A stretch of 64,000 bases of DNA. It comes from a virus. Its lineage: Duplodnaviria > Caudoviricetes. The notes beneath the pieces are model-generated. The model made no database searches. It was not told the origin of the DNA and was given only the letters and a program-made list of their open reading frames with translations. Position numbers and translations under genes: made by a program. The stretch spans positions 32,001 to 96,000 of IMG/VR virus record IMGVR_UViG_3300025689_000001, one strand, 5' to 3'. Below are positions 1-10,635 of the stretch, piece after piece. Position 1 is the first letter of the stretch. Each line of letters starts with the position of its first letter.

Positions 1-22
1 GAAATAAAGGAGAGTTCTATCT

Positions 23-217
23 ATGACTTCTGATAAAGATATGGTTGAAATTACAGTCGGAAAGGGTGGGCAGTACGAAGCCCACCTCGACGTCGATGAT
101 AAAACAAGTTTTGTAATTAAGGACATAACTAATGTTAGATTTTTTGACTCAGTAAAACAAGAATGGATTGATATTGATTATAAAGGTCCAGTATCTTTGA
201 ATTATAAGGAGGAATAA
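23..217 (+). CDS. hypothetical protein (64 aa)
   Basis: ORF with AAGGAG RBS upstream; ends TAA. Confidence 0.7.
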   Translation: MTSDKDMVEITVGKGGQYEAHLDVDDKTSFVIKDITNVRFFDSVKQEWIDIDYKGPVSLNYKEE

Positions 218-236
218 AAAATGGGAGAACTTTGTA

Positions 237-944
237 ATGTCTAAAAGAATAGATTTAACTAATTAGACATTTGGTGATTGGTATGTTATTGATTTTAATA
301 AAGAACGAAGTAATAATCATGGCTCTTATTGGAATTGTAAATGTCTTAAATGTGGACTAATAAAAGCAGTACGTTCTACCAATTTGCGCTCGGGTGCCTC
401 AACAAGTTGTGGCTGTAAATCTTCTTAGATAAGAATTGGAGACAGGTTTGGATTTTTAGAAGTCATTTCCTTAGATGAAGAACGAAGTGGTTAGGGAAAA
501 GGCAGATATTGGTCTTGTTATTGCCATAATTGTGGCAGCACGCATTCAATTGATGCTTCAAATCTAAATAGAGGAAATGCATTAAGTTGCGGCTGTATTA
601 AAATGTCTAAAGGAGAATATAAAATTGAATAGTGGCTTAAAAGTCATAATATTAAATTTCACAAACAATATTATTTTGAAGACTTAAAACCTAATAATTA
701 TCCTTTAAAATTTGACTTTGCTATTTTTAATCCGAATATAATACTAATAGAATATTAGGGCAAGTAGCATTATGAGCCAATAGATTTTTATGGTGGAATA
801 GAAGGGTTATAGAAATAGCAATTAAGAGATAATCAAAAAAGGGAATATTGTTTATCACACAATATTCCTCTATATGAAATTTCTTATAAAGATAATATTA
901 GTAAATTGGAGGAATGTATTTATGGAAATAATGAAACAAACTGA
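237..944 (+). CDS. free-standing homing-type endonuclease: two Cys-rich (W.C.C..CG...SCGC) repeats plus a C-terminal Vsr/DUF559-like PD-(D/E)XK domain; needs TAG=Gln
   Basis: Manual translation MSKRIDLTN[Q]TFGDW...WNCKCLKCG...TSCGC...SKGEYKIE[Q]WL...FDFAI...IEY[Q]GK[Q]HY; ends TGA 942-944; absent from the ORF track because of in-frame TAGs. Confidence 0.8.
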
Positions 945-1119
945 TGAGATACGTGTTGATACTTATGAAGAAGCTAAGGAGTTAATTGAAAAATTTAAAT
1001 CTGATGCTAAAAAAGAAGGATATGATATAATTAGTAGCGCCGCGACTCTTAAAGAAAAAAAATCTAAAGGCGAAGTAATTGATTCATACTATATTGTTAA
1101 AATAGTTAAAAGATGGTAA
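922..1119 (+). CDS. hypothetical protein
   Basis: GGAGG RBS before ATG 922 (MEIMKQTDEIRVDTYEEA...); ends TAA. Confidence 0.7.
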   Translation: MEIMKQTDEIRVDTYEEAKELIEKFKSDAKKEGYDIISSAATLKEKKSKGEVIDSYYIVKIVKRW

Positions 1120-1307
1120 AAGGACAAGGACTGATGGATGAAGTCTGCCGCGGCTTAGCTGGTGAGATAAGTTTTGAAGAATCCGTTCGCAGACAAACAA
1201 ACATCTTGGAATATGAGATAATGCAAGCCATTAAAGAAAAATTGGAGGGATATATCAATGAAATTCCACATGGACGAAAAGGAGAGCTACAAAAAGAAAA
1301 TCGATAA
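1113..1307 (+). CDS. hypothetical protein
   Basis: ORF overlapping the upstream stop; ends TAA. Confidence 0.45.
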   Translation: MVKGQGLMDEVCRGLAGEISFEESVRRQTNILEYEIMQAIKEKLEGYINEIPHGRKGELQKENR

Positions 1308-1377
1308 GATGAAGGAAGATATGGCTCGCCGCAATAAGGAAATTCAGAAAGAGTGCGAAAAGAAGAAAAAACAGTAA
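1258..1377 (+). CDS. small charged hypothetical protein (39 aa, MKFHMDEKESYKKKIDKMKEDMARRNKEIQKECEKKKKQ)
   Basis: GGAGG RBS at ~1244; below the ORF-track length cutoff. Confidence 0.5.
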   Translation: MKFHMDEKESYKKKIDKMKEDMARRNKEIQKECEKKKKQ

Positions 1378-1404
1378 GGTTGAAAAAGTCAGGGCTTAAA
1401 AGTC

Positions 1405-1433
1405 TTGACTTTTTCTTTATTTTATGATATAAT
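1405..1433 (+). promoter_or_regulatory. sigma-A type promoter for dnaE
   Basis: TTGACT-17 nt-TATAAT with extended -10 TG. Confidence 0.8.
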
Positions 1434-1511
1434 ATATATAGAAAGATAAAAGAAATATTAAAAATGAATATCCCTGCATAGTTGCTCGGCGATATTGATT
1501 GGAGGTATATA

Positions 1512-4500
1512 ATGGATATTAAGACACTCAAAAGATTTGACGGTCATTCCCATAGCATGTTTTCAAACTTCCGTTTGATTGACTCAATAAACAGACCAAA
1601 GGATATGATTCTTAAGGCATATGAACTTGGTATGTCAGGTATTGCACTAACAGACCATGAAACAGTTGCTGGTCATGTCGAATGGTTGAAGTGTGAAAAG
1701 GAACTGAAGAAAACTGGCAAAATTCCAGAGGACTTCAAGTGCGCTTGTGGCAATGAGATTTATCTTGTAGATGACCGTACAAATATTGAAAGATATTGGC
1801 ACTACATTCTCATCGCTAAGAACACAGAAGGACACAGGGCGTTGAGAGAATTAAGTTCAACGGCTTGGTATAATGGATTTAATTCTCGTGGTATGATGCG
1901 TGTTCCTACTGAAAAGGCAGAACTTGAAGCAATCGTTAGAAAGTATCCGAACACTTTGATTGCAACAACTGCGTGTCTTGGCGGTGAGTTTCCTCATTTT
2001 GTGGCGGAGTTAGTTAAGGCAGAACAAGCTCATGATGAAAATGAGATTCGCAAGTGGAAGATGGAAATTCATAAGTTCATGACTTGGAATATTGATTTGT
2101 TTGGTGATGATTTCTATATTGAAATCGCTGCCGCAAATGTGAAGGACCAGATTCGCTTTAATGAAAGAGTTAAAAGCATCGCTACCTACTACAAGAGAAA
2201 AGTTGTAATCGGTTCAGATGCACATTATCTTACTGCAAAGGAGCGTCCTGTTCATAAGGCTTATCTTAACTCAAAAGATGGTGAACGTGAGGTTGATGGT
2301 TTCTATACTTTCGCTCATATGATGGATAATGAAGAAGCATATGGAAATCTTAGCATGACTTTCTCTGAGGAAGAGTTCGCAGAGTTTTGTGCAAACTCAA
2401 TGGAAATTTATGATAAGATTGGTACTTATGATATTTTCAGAAAGCCAATCATTCCGAGAGTTGAAGTTGTACCAAAGGATTGTCCAGTAACTCCTGATTG
2501 GATTTGGAAGGATGATTGTCCGGTACTTACACAACTTATTCAGAGTGATAATGTACAGGAAAAGTATTGGGTAACAGAATGTTTACTCAGTATGATTGAT
2601 AAAGGACTTTTTGGAAAAGAGAATTATATGATTGTTCTTGAAACAGAAGCAAGAGTAATTAAGGTTGTTGGAGAGAAACTCGGTAACTGTCTGTACGAGT
2701 ATTTTAATACTTTCCAACATATGATTAACTTATTCTGGGATTGCGGTTCAATCGTAGGTCCTGGACGTGGTTCAGCAGTTTGTTTCTTAAGTAACTATCT
2801 TCTTGGAATAACTCAGCTTGACCCATTGAAGTGGGGACTTAAGTATTGGAGATTAACTTAATTTAAAGGTCTCCCTATATAGCGATATATAGAAAAATAA
2901 CTCCGTGAACGTTTAGCAAACGGTGTCGACTTTACTATTGGAACCGTAGGAAATGACGGTTAAAAAGTCGGCTAACAGGGAAGAGTCTTTATTCGTTAAA
3001 GAGAATCCTGTGCCAAGCTACTTAAATATTGGAGAGCCAATATTTAAGATGAAGGTGAAACGACTATCGAAAAGCATATTTAAATATGAACTGAGTAGAG
3101 TAGGATGGAGATGCTACCATCTGAAGCGCGGAGGCTCTCATAATATATCATATTAAAGAGGTGATAATTATGGGATATATTTATAAAATAGAAAATAATA
3201 TTAACCATAAAGTTTATATTGGACAAACAATTAAATTTTATGAAGAACGTTTTAAATAGCATAAGGTAAATTATACGAAAGAATATTTTTCATAGTTGGC
3301 ATTATATAAGGCATTTAATAAATATGGAATTGAAAATTTTACTTTCTTACCCATTGAAGAAGTTGCAAATGAACTTTTAGATGAGAGAGAAAAATATTGG
3401 ATTTCATTTTATGATAGCTATTATAATGGTTATAATTCTACTTTAGGAGGAAGATTAGTAGAATTATATGAGTGGGATGTTGATAAAATTATTGAAAGAT
3501 ATATGGTTTTAAAATCAGCTCGCAAGGTTGCAGAAGAAATCGGATGCGACCATTCAACTATTGATAGAATTTTAAATGAAAACAAAATTAAACGCTTTAC
3601 TTTAAAAGACCAAAGAGTTTATAACAATGTTGTTATTGAAAATGAAAAAGAAAGATATTTTTTCAAAGATAATCGAGAATGTGCAATTTTTCTTATTGAA
3701 AAAGGTTATAGTAAATCAAAAAATATTGATTATATATCTCATGTAATAAGAAAATCTATTAAACAAAATAAATATTATTTAGGTTTTAGAATATATTGTG
3801 AGAGCAAGATATAGTCTACACCCCTGGTGACAGGGGATTAATGTGTTTTAAATGAAGAGCGTGTAGAACTGCCTAAACTTTAATATTGGGCAGTATAAAA
3901 TGGGTGAACGCATTCAGCGGTGTCTTCTTAATTGAAGGCTAACGGTAGAAGTTGAATAAGGCAATGCGCGAAGCAGCTTCGTAAGAGAGACTACGGTCCT
4001 GAAAAGGATAGCAGTTGATACCGTGCTAAGTTAAACTTTATCTATTTTTCTGGAAAAGTTGAAGATTTATCTCATTCTAATACTTTATAACTGAGGTGAT
4101 AGAATGGAAAGAGAAATCAAAAACTTTCCCGGGTATACAATAACTGATGATGGAAAAGTTATCAGTTACAAATTTAAAAAGCCAAGAGTAATGAAAACTT
4201 GGTATCAAAAATCTGGATATGAAAATATTAAACTATGTAAAGATAATGTAACTTATCATTTCTTAATTCATAGATTGGTTGCAGAAGCTTTTATTCCAAA
4301 TCCAAATAATTTACCTGAAGTGAATCATAAAGATAAAAGTAGACAAAATAATCGAGTAGAGAACTTGGAGTGGAGTAATAGAGCAGATAATCTTTATGAT
4401 AGTTATAGTACAATGACTGCTACAAGAAATTTTAGAGAATGTATCTTAATAAGAGAGAAAGACAATGCTGAAATTAAATCTTTTCAATCTGTTAAAGCGG

Positions 4501-7500
4501 CAGCAGAATATGCAAATGAAGAATTTGGTTGTAGTATTAGTGGAATGAGAAAAAATTATAAATCCAGAGGATATAGATTAGAGTTTAAAAAGTGTAACGA
4601 CTAAATTGAGATTATAAAATCTCTAAAAGGATGGAGATGAATACCATTCCGTAGTGCCCATTATGGACAAAAGTCCTAAAGAGATAGTCTATTCCCCTAA
4701 TAAATATCGGGAAACCGAGGGTGTAAAAAGGATATTGATATTGACCTTACTCCTTCAAAGAGAGCTGCTGTTTTCGCCGCCCTTCGTAAGGAGCGTGGAG
4801 AGCTCAACGTTATTCAGGTTTGTACTTATGGTACAGAAGGTACTCGTTCTGCAATTGCCGCCGCTTGTCGTGGTTATCGCTCAGAGTGGTATCCCGATGG
4901 TATTGATACAGATACAGCACAGTATCTTAGCTTGTTGATTCCTCAGGAGCGTGGACTTCTCTGGTCAATTCATGATGCCGTTTATGGTAATGAGGAAAAG
5001 GGCAGGGCTCCTATCGCAGCTTTGGTAAATGAGCTTGATAAGTATCCCGGTCTTCTTGAGATAATCGAGTCTATTGATGGGTCGAAGAAAAAACTGGCCC
5101 TTAAACACCTTTTCCATTAATCAATGGGGTTAAGATTTAATCTTAGCTAACGGGGAAGCCTGAAGCTCCTGTCGTGAGACATAGGTATGGTAATCCCGTG
5201 GGAAAAACTTTTCTTCACGATTTTATTGAAGAGTATTTATCATTTTATTACCTTATTAATGAGAGGTGATAATAATGAATTATATATATGGTTATCAAAA
5301 TAAAATAACAGGTAAATGGTATGTAGGACAAACTTCTAAGTCTATTGAAGAAAGACATAGATTACATTTATCTTCTGCTTATCATGAAACTTGTAATGAT
5401 TATAATTGCTTATTCCATAAAAAAATTAGAGAATATGGTATTGAAAATTTTGAATTAGTTCTATTAGAACAGGTTATTGACAAATCTTTATTAGACGAAA
5501 GAGAGCAATATTGGATAAAAGAAAAGAAGTCTTTTGTTAGAGACAACGGATATAATTTAACAACTGGCGGCCAACAAAGAAAAAATAATGAAGACTATCA
5601 AGATATCCGTCAAACGTTTTCCAGTGAAGAAATTCAGGAAGTATATCGTCTAATAAGAGATGAAAACATCAAACTTACAGATATAGCAAATAAATATGAT
5701 GTTTCTTTAAGTTTAATTTGTATGATTAATTCTGGTAAAAAATATCATAATGATAATTTAATCTACCCTTTAAGAAAACAAAACATTAAAATTTCTGAAG
5801 AAATTGTCGATGAAATAATTTCTTTATTAAAAGAAAATAAAGGTAATGCAGAAATTGCTAAGATTTATGGAATAAATGAAGATGTGGTTTATAGGATTAA
5901 TAAAGGTTTAGCACATAAAAGAGATATTGATTATCCAATTAGACAAAACAGTAGTAAAAAGCAAGAGCTTATTGATAGAGCAAATACAATTAAATCTTTA
6001 TTAAAAGAAAATAAACTTAATAATAGACAAATTGCTGATTTAGTAGGATGCGATCCGTCTGTTGTATCTAATATAAATTATGGAAAAAATTATTATGATA
6101 ATACTCTTGAATATCCGTTAAGAAAAAGTTAAACCTGTATCGACTATCTCTGGTGAGACAGAGAGTAGGGACACTATTGATACGTGTCGCCACGGAGGCA
6201 ACAATGTGGCTGAGAACCGAAATGGGGTTATTAGTATTTTATACTAATTAAAAGATAGTCAGGGCTTGATTGAAAAATCAAGATAACCGTAGTTAATAAG
6301 AGAGGACAGCACGCATCTGGTGTTATTCTTTATAACGATTCTCCATTTGAAACTGGCGCAATTATGAGAAGTCCGAACGGAGATTTGACAACACAATATT
6401 CTCTTCACGAAGCAGAGGAACTTGGAGACGTTAAGTATGACTTCCTTGTAACTGAAATTTGTGATAAGCTCACAATTGCAATCAGTTTGCTTCAGAAGGA
6501 TAATTTAATTGACCCAACCCTGAACTTAAGAGAGGTTTATAATAAGTATCTTCATCCTGACGTTCTTGACCTTAAGGACCAGAAGATTTGGGATGCACTT
6601 AGTAACGGTACGGTTCTTGATGTATTCCAGTTCAGTACGGGCGTTGGTCTTGCAACTGCAAAGCAGGTTAAGCCGCAGAATCCTACTGATATGCTTAACG
6701 CAAATGCGTCGACATTGGCGCTTACACACTTTACCTTTAATCAAAGGGGTTAAGATTTAATCTTAGCTAACGGGGAAGCCTGAAGCCCCTGCCGGGAGGC
6801 ATAGGTATGGTAATCCCGTGGGAAATATTGATTCACCTCATAGGAGGTGATAGAATGCATTTAATATATTGTTATACAAATTTAATCAATAATAAAAAGT
6901 ATATTGGACAAACAAATAACTTAAAAAGAAGAATAAAATAGCATAAAGATGATTCTTTTACTAATTATAGTGAAGCAAGATATAATCAATTAATTCATCG
7001 AGCTATTAGAAAGTATGGTTTAGATAATTTTGAAATAAGCGTCTTAGAAGATAATATCTCTACGGAATTAATTGATGAAAAAGAGAAATATTATATAAAT
7101 AAATATAATACAATAGCTCCAAATGGATACAATTTAACAGAGGGTGGAATGGCAAACAAAACTGCTCCAGTTCCCTCTAAATATGAAGATGTTTTTATGA
7201 TGATAGTAGAAGAATTAAAAGGAGCGAAAAGCCTTAAAGAAATTGCAGGACAATTTAATATGTCTTATTCTTATTTAAGTGATATAAATAACGGAACAAG
7301 ATTATTTCATGAAAATATAGTTTATCCAATAAGAAAAAGTTCAAATTCTCCAAGTAAAGAAGATTATTAGATTATTATTGATATGATAGAAAATACAAAT
7401 TTATCTTGTGCTAAAATAGCTCAATAGTTAAATTTAAATGCTGCAACGGTTAGAAAAGTAAATAATGGATAGATTAAAAAAGTGGTTAATTTATTTCCTG

Positions 7501-10500
7501 AAAAGACTTTTCCGCTAAGAAAGGTGAATCAATAAACCTGTAGAGACTATCTCTGGTTAGACAGAGAGTAGGTTTACTATTGATACGTAAATCAAAATGG
7601 TGTGCCGTAAGGTAAAAGATAGTCCAGACCACAAACAGTTGCCCAGCTGGTAGAGAAATCTATAGTGGTATGTAATGAGACTTATGGGTGAGCCTGGAGA
7701 GGAAAGACCTCTCAATAGATATTGCCGTCTTAAGGAAGATATGAGAGCATGGTACATGGAGGCAAAAGATGCTGGTCTTACAGAAGAGCAGATTAAAACT
7801 CTTGAACCATATTATCTTCCTAACTGTGGAGTTCCTTCTTCACAGGAAGACATGATGGAAATCTGTATGGACGAAAAGATTGCAAACTTTAGTCTTTCTG
7901 AAGCAAATGCGACAAGAAAGATAGTTGCAAAGAAGAAAATGGACCAGATTCCTGCTCTTCACGAGAAGTTTGTAAATGCTTGTCCGACAAAGAGATTTGG
8001 AGAATATGTATGGAAGACAACAATGGGTCCTCAGATGGGATAAGTAACGATTGTCCTATCAAATACCCTTTCTTCTTATCAGAAGGGTTCTAATTTATTA
8101 GAGCTAACGGTTGAACCCAACACTTATAGATAGAACAAAAAGCTATCTGTAAGAAGGGCAATCCCGTGGGAATCATCTTATGGATAGTAATAAATGGAGT
8201 TGATATAATGTATTACATTTATTGCTATAAAAATAAAATTAATGGACATAAATATGTTGGACAAACAAACAACATAAAAAGAAGAATTAATGAACATAAA
8301 AGCGCCGCCTTCAATGAAAATAGCGGTGATTATGATTTATTATTTCATAAAAAATTAAGACAATATGGAATAGATAATTTTGAAATAGTTATTTTAGAAG
8401 AAATTGACTCAAATGACCAGACTGTAGTTGATGAAAGAGAACAGTTTTGGATTAAATTTGAAAATAGTTTTGTTAGAAATGGTAAAGGATATAATCTAAC
8501 AGAAGGCGGTCAGTTCTCTAAGACAGTTAATAAAAAAATATCTTTGGAAGATGCAAAAGAAATTCAGCAAATGATATTAAAAGGTAAATCATATGAAGAT
8601 ATTCAAAATAAATATAATATCTGTCCAAGTTATATTACAATGATAAATCAAGGGAATTATTTCTATGACAAAGATTTAAGTTACCCTCTTCATAAATATT
8701 ATAAATCAGATGATGATTATAATGAATTAATTGATTTACTTAAATATAGTGATTTATCATTAAAAGCTATTTCAGAAAAATTAGGTTTTGGATATTCAAC
8801 AGTCAAAAAGATTAATGAAGGTAGACTTAGAAAAGGCTTATCAGAAGAATATCCAATAAGAAAAAAGACCGTGTATGCAATAAAAGCAGATAGGGTTAAA
8901 GATTTATTATTAAACTCTACTTTAACTATTCCAGAAATAATGGTTGAGACTAAAGTAAGTCAAGAAACTGTTAGACGTATTAATATTGGTGAGTCACATC
9001 ATGACTCAAATTTAAACTATCCATTAAGATGAAGCCTGTATCGACTATCGCGGGTTAAGCCGCGAGTAGGGTGACTATCGATACGTCACTCGAAACGGGT
9101 ATTGGCGCTCCTAATAAGGAGCGAGTTAAGATATAGTCAGAGCCTATAGGAATATAGGATTACTCGATTCATTTGCAAAGCCTCATGCTCTTGCTTACTC
9201 ATTCGTTGGTATTCAGACTCTTTATCTTGCAACAACATATTCCGACATTTATTGGAATTGTGCTTGTTTGATTACAAATGCCGGCGGTGCGGATTTACTT
9301 GACACAGAAGATGTGGACAAGGAACTGGAAGAAATGGCAGAGCAGGATATTGAGGAAGTCGACGAAGACGAACTCATTGAAGCAATTAGTAAAAAGTATA
9401 AGAACAAGAGCGTTAACTATGGTAAGATTAGTGTTGCTCTTGGTAAGTCTAAAAAGGCAGGCATTAATGTTTTGCCGCCAGACATCAATAAATCAGACCT
9501 CATCTTTAAGCCAGATGCAGAGCGTAATGCAATCATTTATGGTTTGAAGGGTATCGACAGAATTGGTACAAGCCTTGTTTATGAAATCATGGAAAATCGT
9601 CCTTATACTTCTCTTGAAGATTTTACTAATAAGGTAAAAGTTAATAAAACTCAAATGGTTTCCTTAATTAAGGCAGGTGCATTTGACAATATTTATGGTG
9701 ACAGAGAAAAGACAATGGACTCTTATCTTGAACTCATTGCAGATAAGAAAAAGCGTATCACTTTGCAGAATATGACAATGTTGTATAATAAAGGTCTTAT
9801 TCCAGAAGAGCTTTCGTTTGAAGCAAAGGTTTATAACTTTACTAAGTATATTAGAAAGTTCAAACAGGGAGATTATTATTATCTCAATCATATTGCAATG
9901 AGATTCTTTATGGAGAATTATGACACAGATGTGCTTGTAGATATGGTAATTGACGGTGAAGATAATCACGCTTTAATTAAGCAGTCAACATGGGATAATA
10001 CCTATGATAAGGCAATGAATCCAGTAAGAGCATGGATGAAAGCAAATCAGGAAGAAATTCTTAGCACATTGAACAGAAGTCTTTTCGAAGATGTTCGTAA
10101 CAAGTATGCTCTTGGTTCGATTGATAAATGGGATATGGACGCCCTTGGTACATATTGCCACAATCATGAACTTGCAAATCTCAATAAGAGAGCATATGGA
10201 ATTGTAGATTTCGAGAGTCTTGACCCTGAGCCAGTAATTGCGTCTGAGTTCACAACAAAGGACGGCGGCGTAATTAGAATGTATGAAATTTCAAGAATCT
10301 GCGGAACTGTTATTGATAAGGATAAGAATAAGAGTACAGTAGTTCTCTTAACTCCTACAATGCAGGTTGTAAACGTAAAGGTTTGGAAAAATCAATACGC
10401 AAAGTGGGATAGACAAATTAGTAGAAAGAATCCTGATGGTACTAAGACAGTTATTGAGAAGAGCTTCTTCGCAAGAGGTAATAAACTGATTATAACTGGT

Positions 10501-10635
10501 ATTCGTCGTGATGATGATTTTGTACCTAAGAAGTATAAGAGTACTGCTCTTCCTCTCTTTGAGAAAATTGAGGAGATGGACGAAGAAGGATTCATCACAA
10601 AGTCTACAACAGAACGTGCGGAGGTAGAGGAGTAA
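1512..10635 (+). CDS. dnaE: DNA polymerase III alpha subunit, spliced from 6 exons: 1512-2853, 3846-3874, 4731-5082, 6290-6709, 7673-8041, 9167-10635 (~1326 aa)
   Basis: PHP motifs (HSH..FS, ALTDHE, SDAHY) and VGPGRGSA. Joined exons restore YWR|FLNEERVELP|DIDID, DG|LVNKRGQHASG, NA|LMRLM and MG|YSFAKPHALAY. Exon lengths sum to 3981 nt, in frame. Confidence 0.93.
2854..3845 (+). mobile_element. group I intron 1 in dnaE
   Basis: 5' exon ends in U; P1 GGAGAU/GUCUCC; P7 elements ACGACUA and AAGAUAUAGUCU; terminal G 3845. Confidence 0.88.
3170..3841 (+). CDS. intron-encoded GIY-YIG homing endonuclease (TAG=Gln read-through)
   Basis: MGYIYKIENNINHKVYIGQT; GAGGTG RBS; in-frame TAGs; first TAA at 3839-3841. 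Confidence 0.85.
3875..4730 (+). mobile_element. group I intron 2 in dnaE
   Basis: P1 ACUGCCU/GGGCAGU; ACGACUA and GAGAUAGUCU; ends in G directly before the codons for DIDID. Confidence 0.88.
4104..4604 (+). CDS. intron-encoded HNH homing endonuclease (NUMOD4-like N-terminus)
   Basis: IHRLVAEAFIPNPNNLPEVNHKD...NN...NLEW motif. Confidence 0.9.
   Translation: MEREIKNFPGYTITDDGKVISYKFKKPRVMKTWYQKSGYENIKLCKDNVTYHFLIHRLVAEAFIPNPNNLPEVNHKDKSRQNNRVENLEWSNRADNLYDSYSTMTATRNFRECILIREKDNAEIKSFQSVKAAAEYANEEFGCSISGMRKNYKSRGYRLEFKKCND
5083..6289 (+). mobile_element. group I intron 3 in dnaE
   Basis: P1 GGGU/GCCC; core GCUAACGGGGAA..AAUCCCGUGGGAA, UCGACUA, AAGAUAGUC; terminal G. Confidence 0.88.
5275..6132 (+). 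CDS. intron-encoded GIY-YIG endonuclease with three C-terminal HTH-like repeats
   Basis: MNYIYGYQNKITGKWYVGQT...GYNLTTGG; repeats ending IN.G....YP.R. Confidence 0.88.
   Translation: MNYIYGYQNKITGKWYVGQTSKSIEERHRLHLSSAYHETCNDYNCLFHKKIREYGIENFELVLLEQVIDKSLLDEREQYWIKEKKSFVRDNGYNLTTGGQQRKNNEDYQDIRQTFSSEEIQEVYRLIRDENIKLTDIANKYDVSLSLICMINSGKKYHNDNLIYPLRKQNIKISEEIVDEIISLLKENKGNAEIAKIYGINEDVVYRINKGLAHKRDIDYPIRQNSSKKQELIDRANTIKSLLKENKLNNRQIADLVGCDPSVVSNINYGKNYYDNTLEYPLRKS
6710..7672 (+). mobile_element. group I intron 4 in dnaE
   Basis: P1 GCGU/GCGC; 5' core nearly identical to intron 3; AGACUA / AAGAUAGUCC; terminal G. Confidence 0.88.
6855..7535 (+). CDS. intron-encoded GIY-YIG endonuclease (TAG=Gln read-through)
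   Basis: MHLIYCYTNLINNKKYIGQT...GYNLTEGG; several in-frame TAGs; ends TAA 7533-7535. Confidence 0.87.
8042..9166 (+). mobile_element. group I intron 5 in dnaE
   Basis: P1 GGAU/GUCC; GCUAACGG..AAUCCCGUGGGAA, UCGACUA, AAGAUAUAGUC; terminal G; splits the GY|SF motif. Confidence 0.88.
8208..9032 (+). CDS. intron-encoded GIY-YIG endonuclease with HTH-like repeats
   Basis: MYYIYCYKNKINGHKYVGQT...GYNLTEGG; YP.R-ending repeats. Confidence 0.88.
   Translation: MYYIYCYKNKINGHKYVGQTNNIKRRINEHKSAAFNENSGDYDLLFHKKLRQYGIDNFEIVILEEIDSNDQTVVDEREQFWIKFENSFVRNGKGYNLTEGGQFSKTVNKKISLEDAKEIQQMILKGKSYEDIQNKYNICPSYITMINQGNYFYDKDLSYPLHKYYKSDDDYNELIDLLKYSDLSLKAISEKLGFGYSTVKKINEGRLRKGLSEEYPIRKKTVYAIKADRVKDLLLNSTLTIPEIMVETKVSQETVRRINIGESHHDSNLNYPLR

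Noticed and set aside
2953-4938. Track ORFs 2953-3156 and 4654-4938 as proteins
   Set aside because: The first lies in the intron 1 ribozyme core. The second is an off-frame reading across the intron 2/exon 3 boundary.
2854-9166. Inteins or group II introns in dnaE
   Set aside because: The insertions contain stops, have their own RBSs and show group I P1/P7/terminal-G features. There are no Cys...His-Asn intein ends and no reverse transcriptase.
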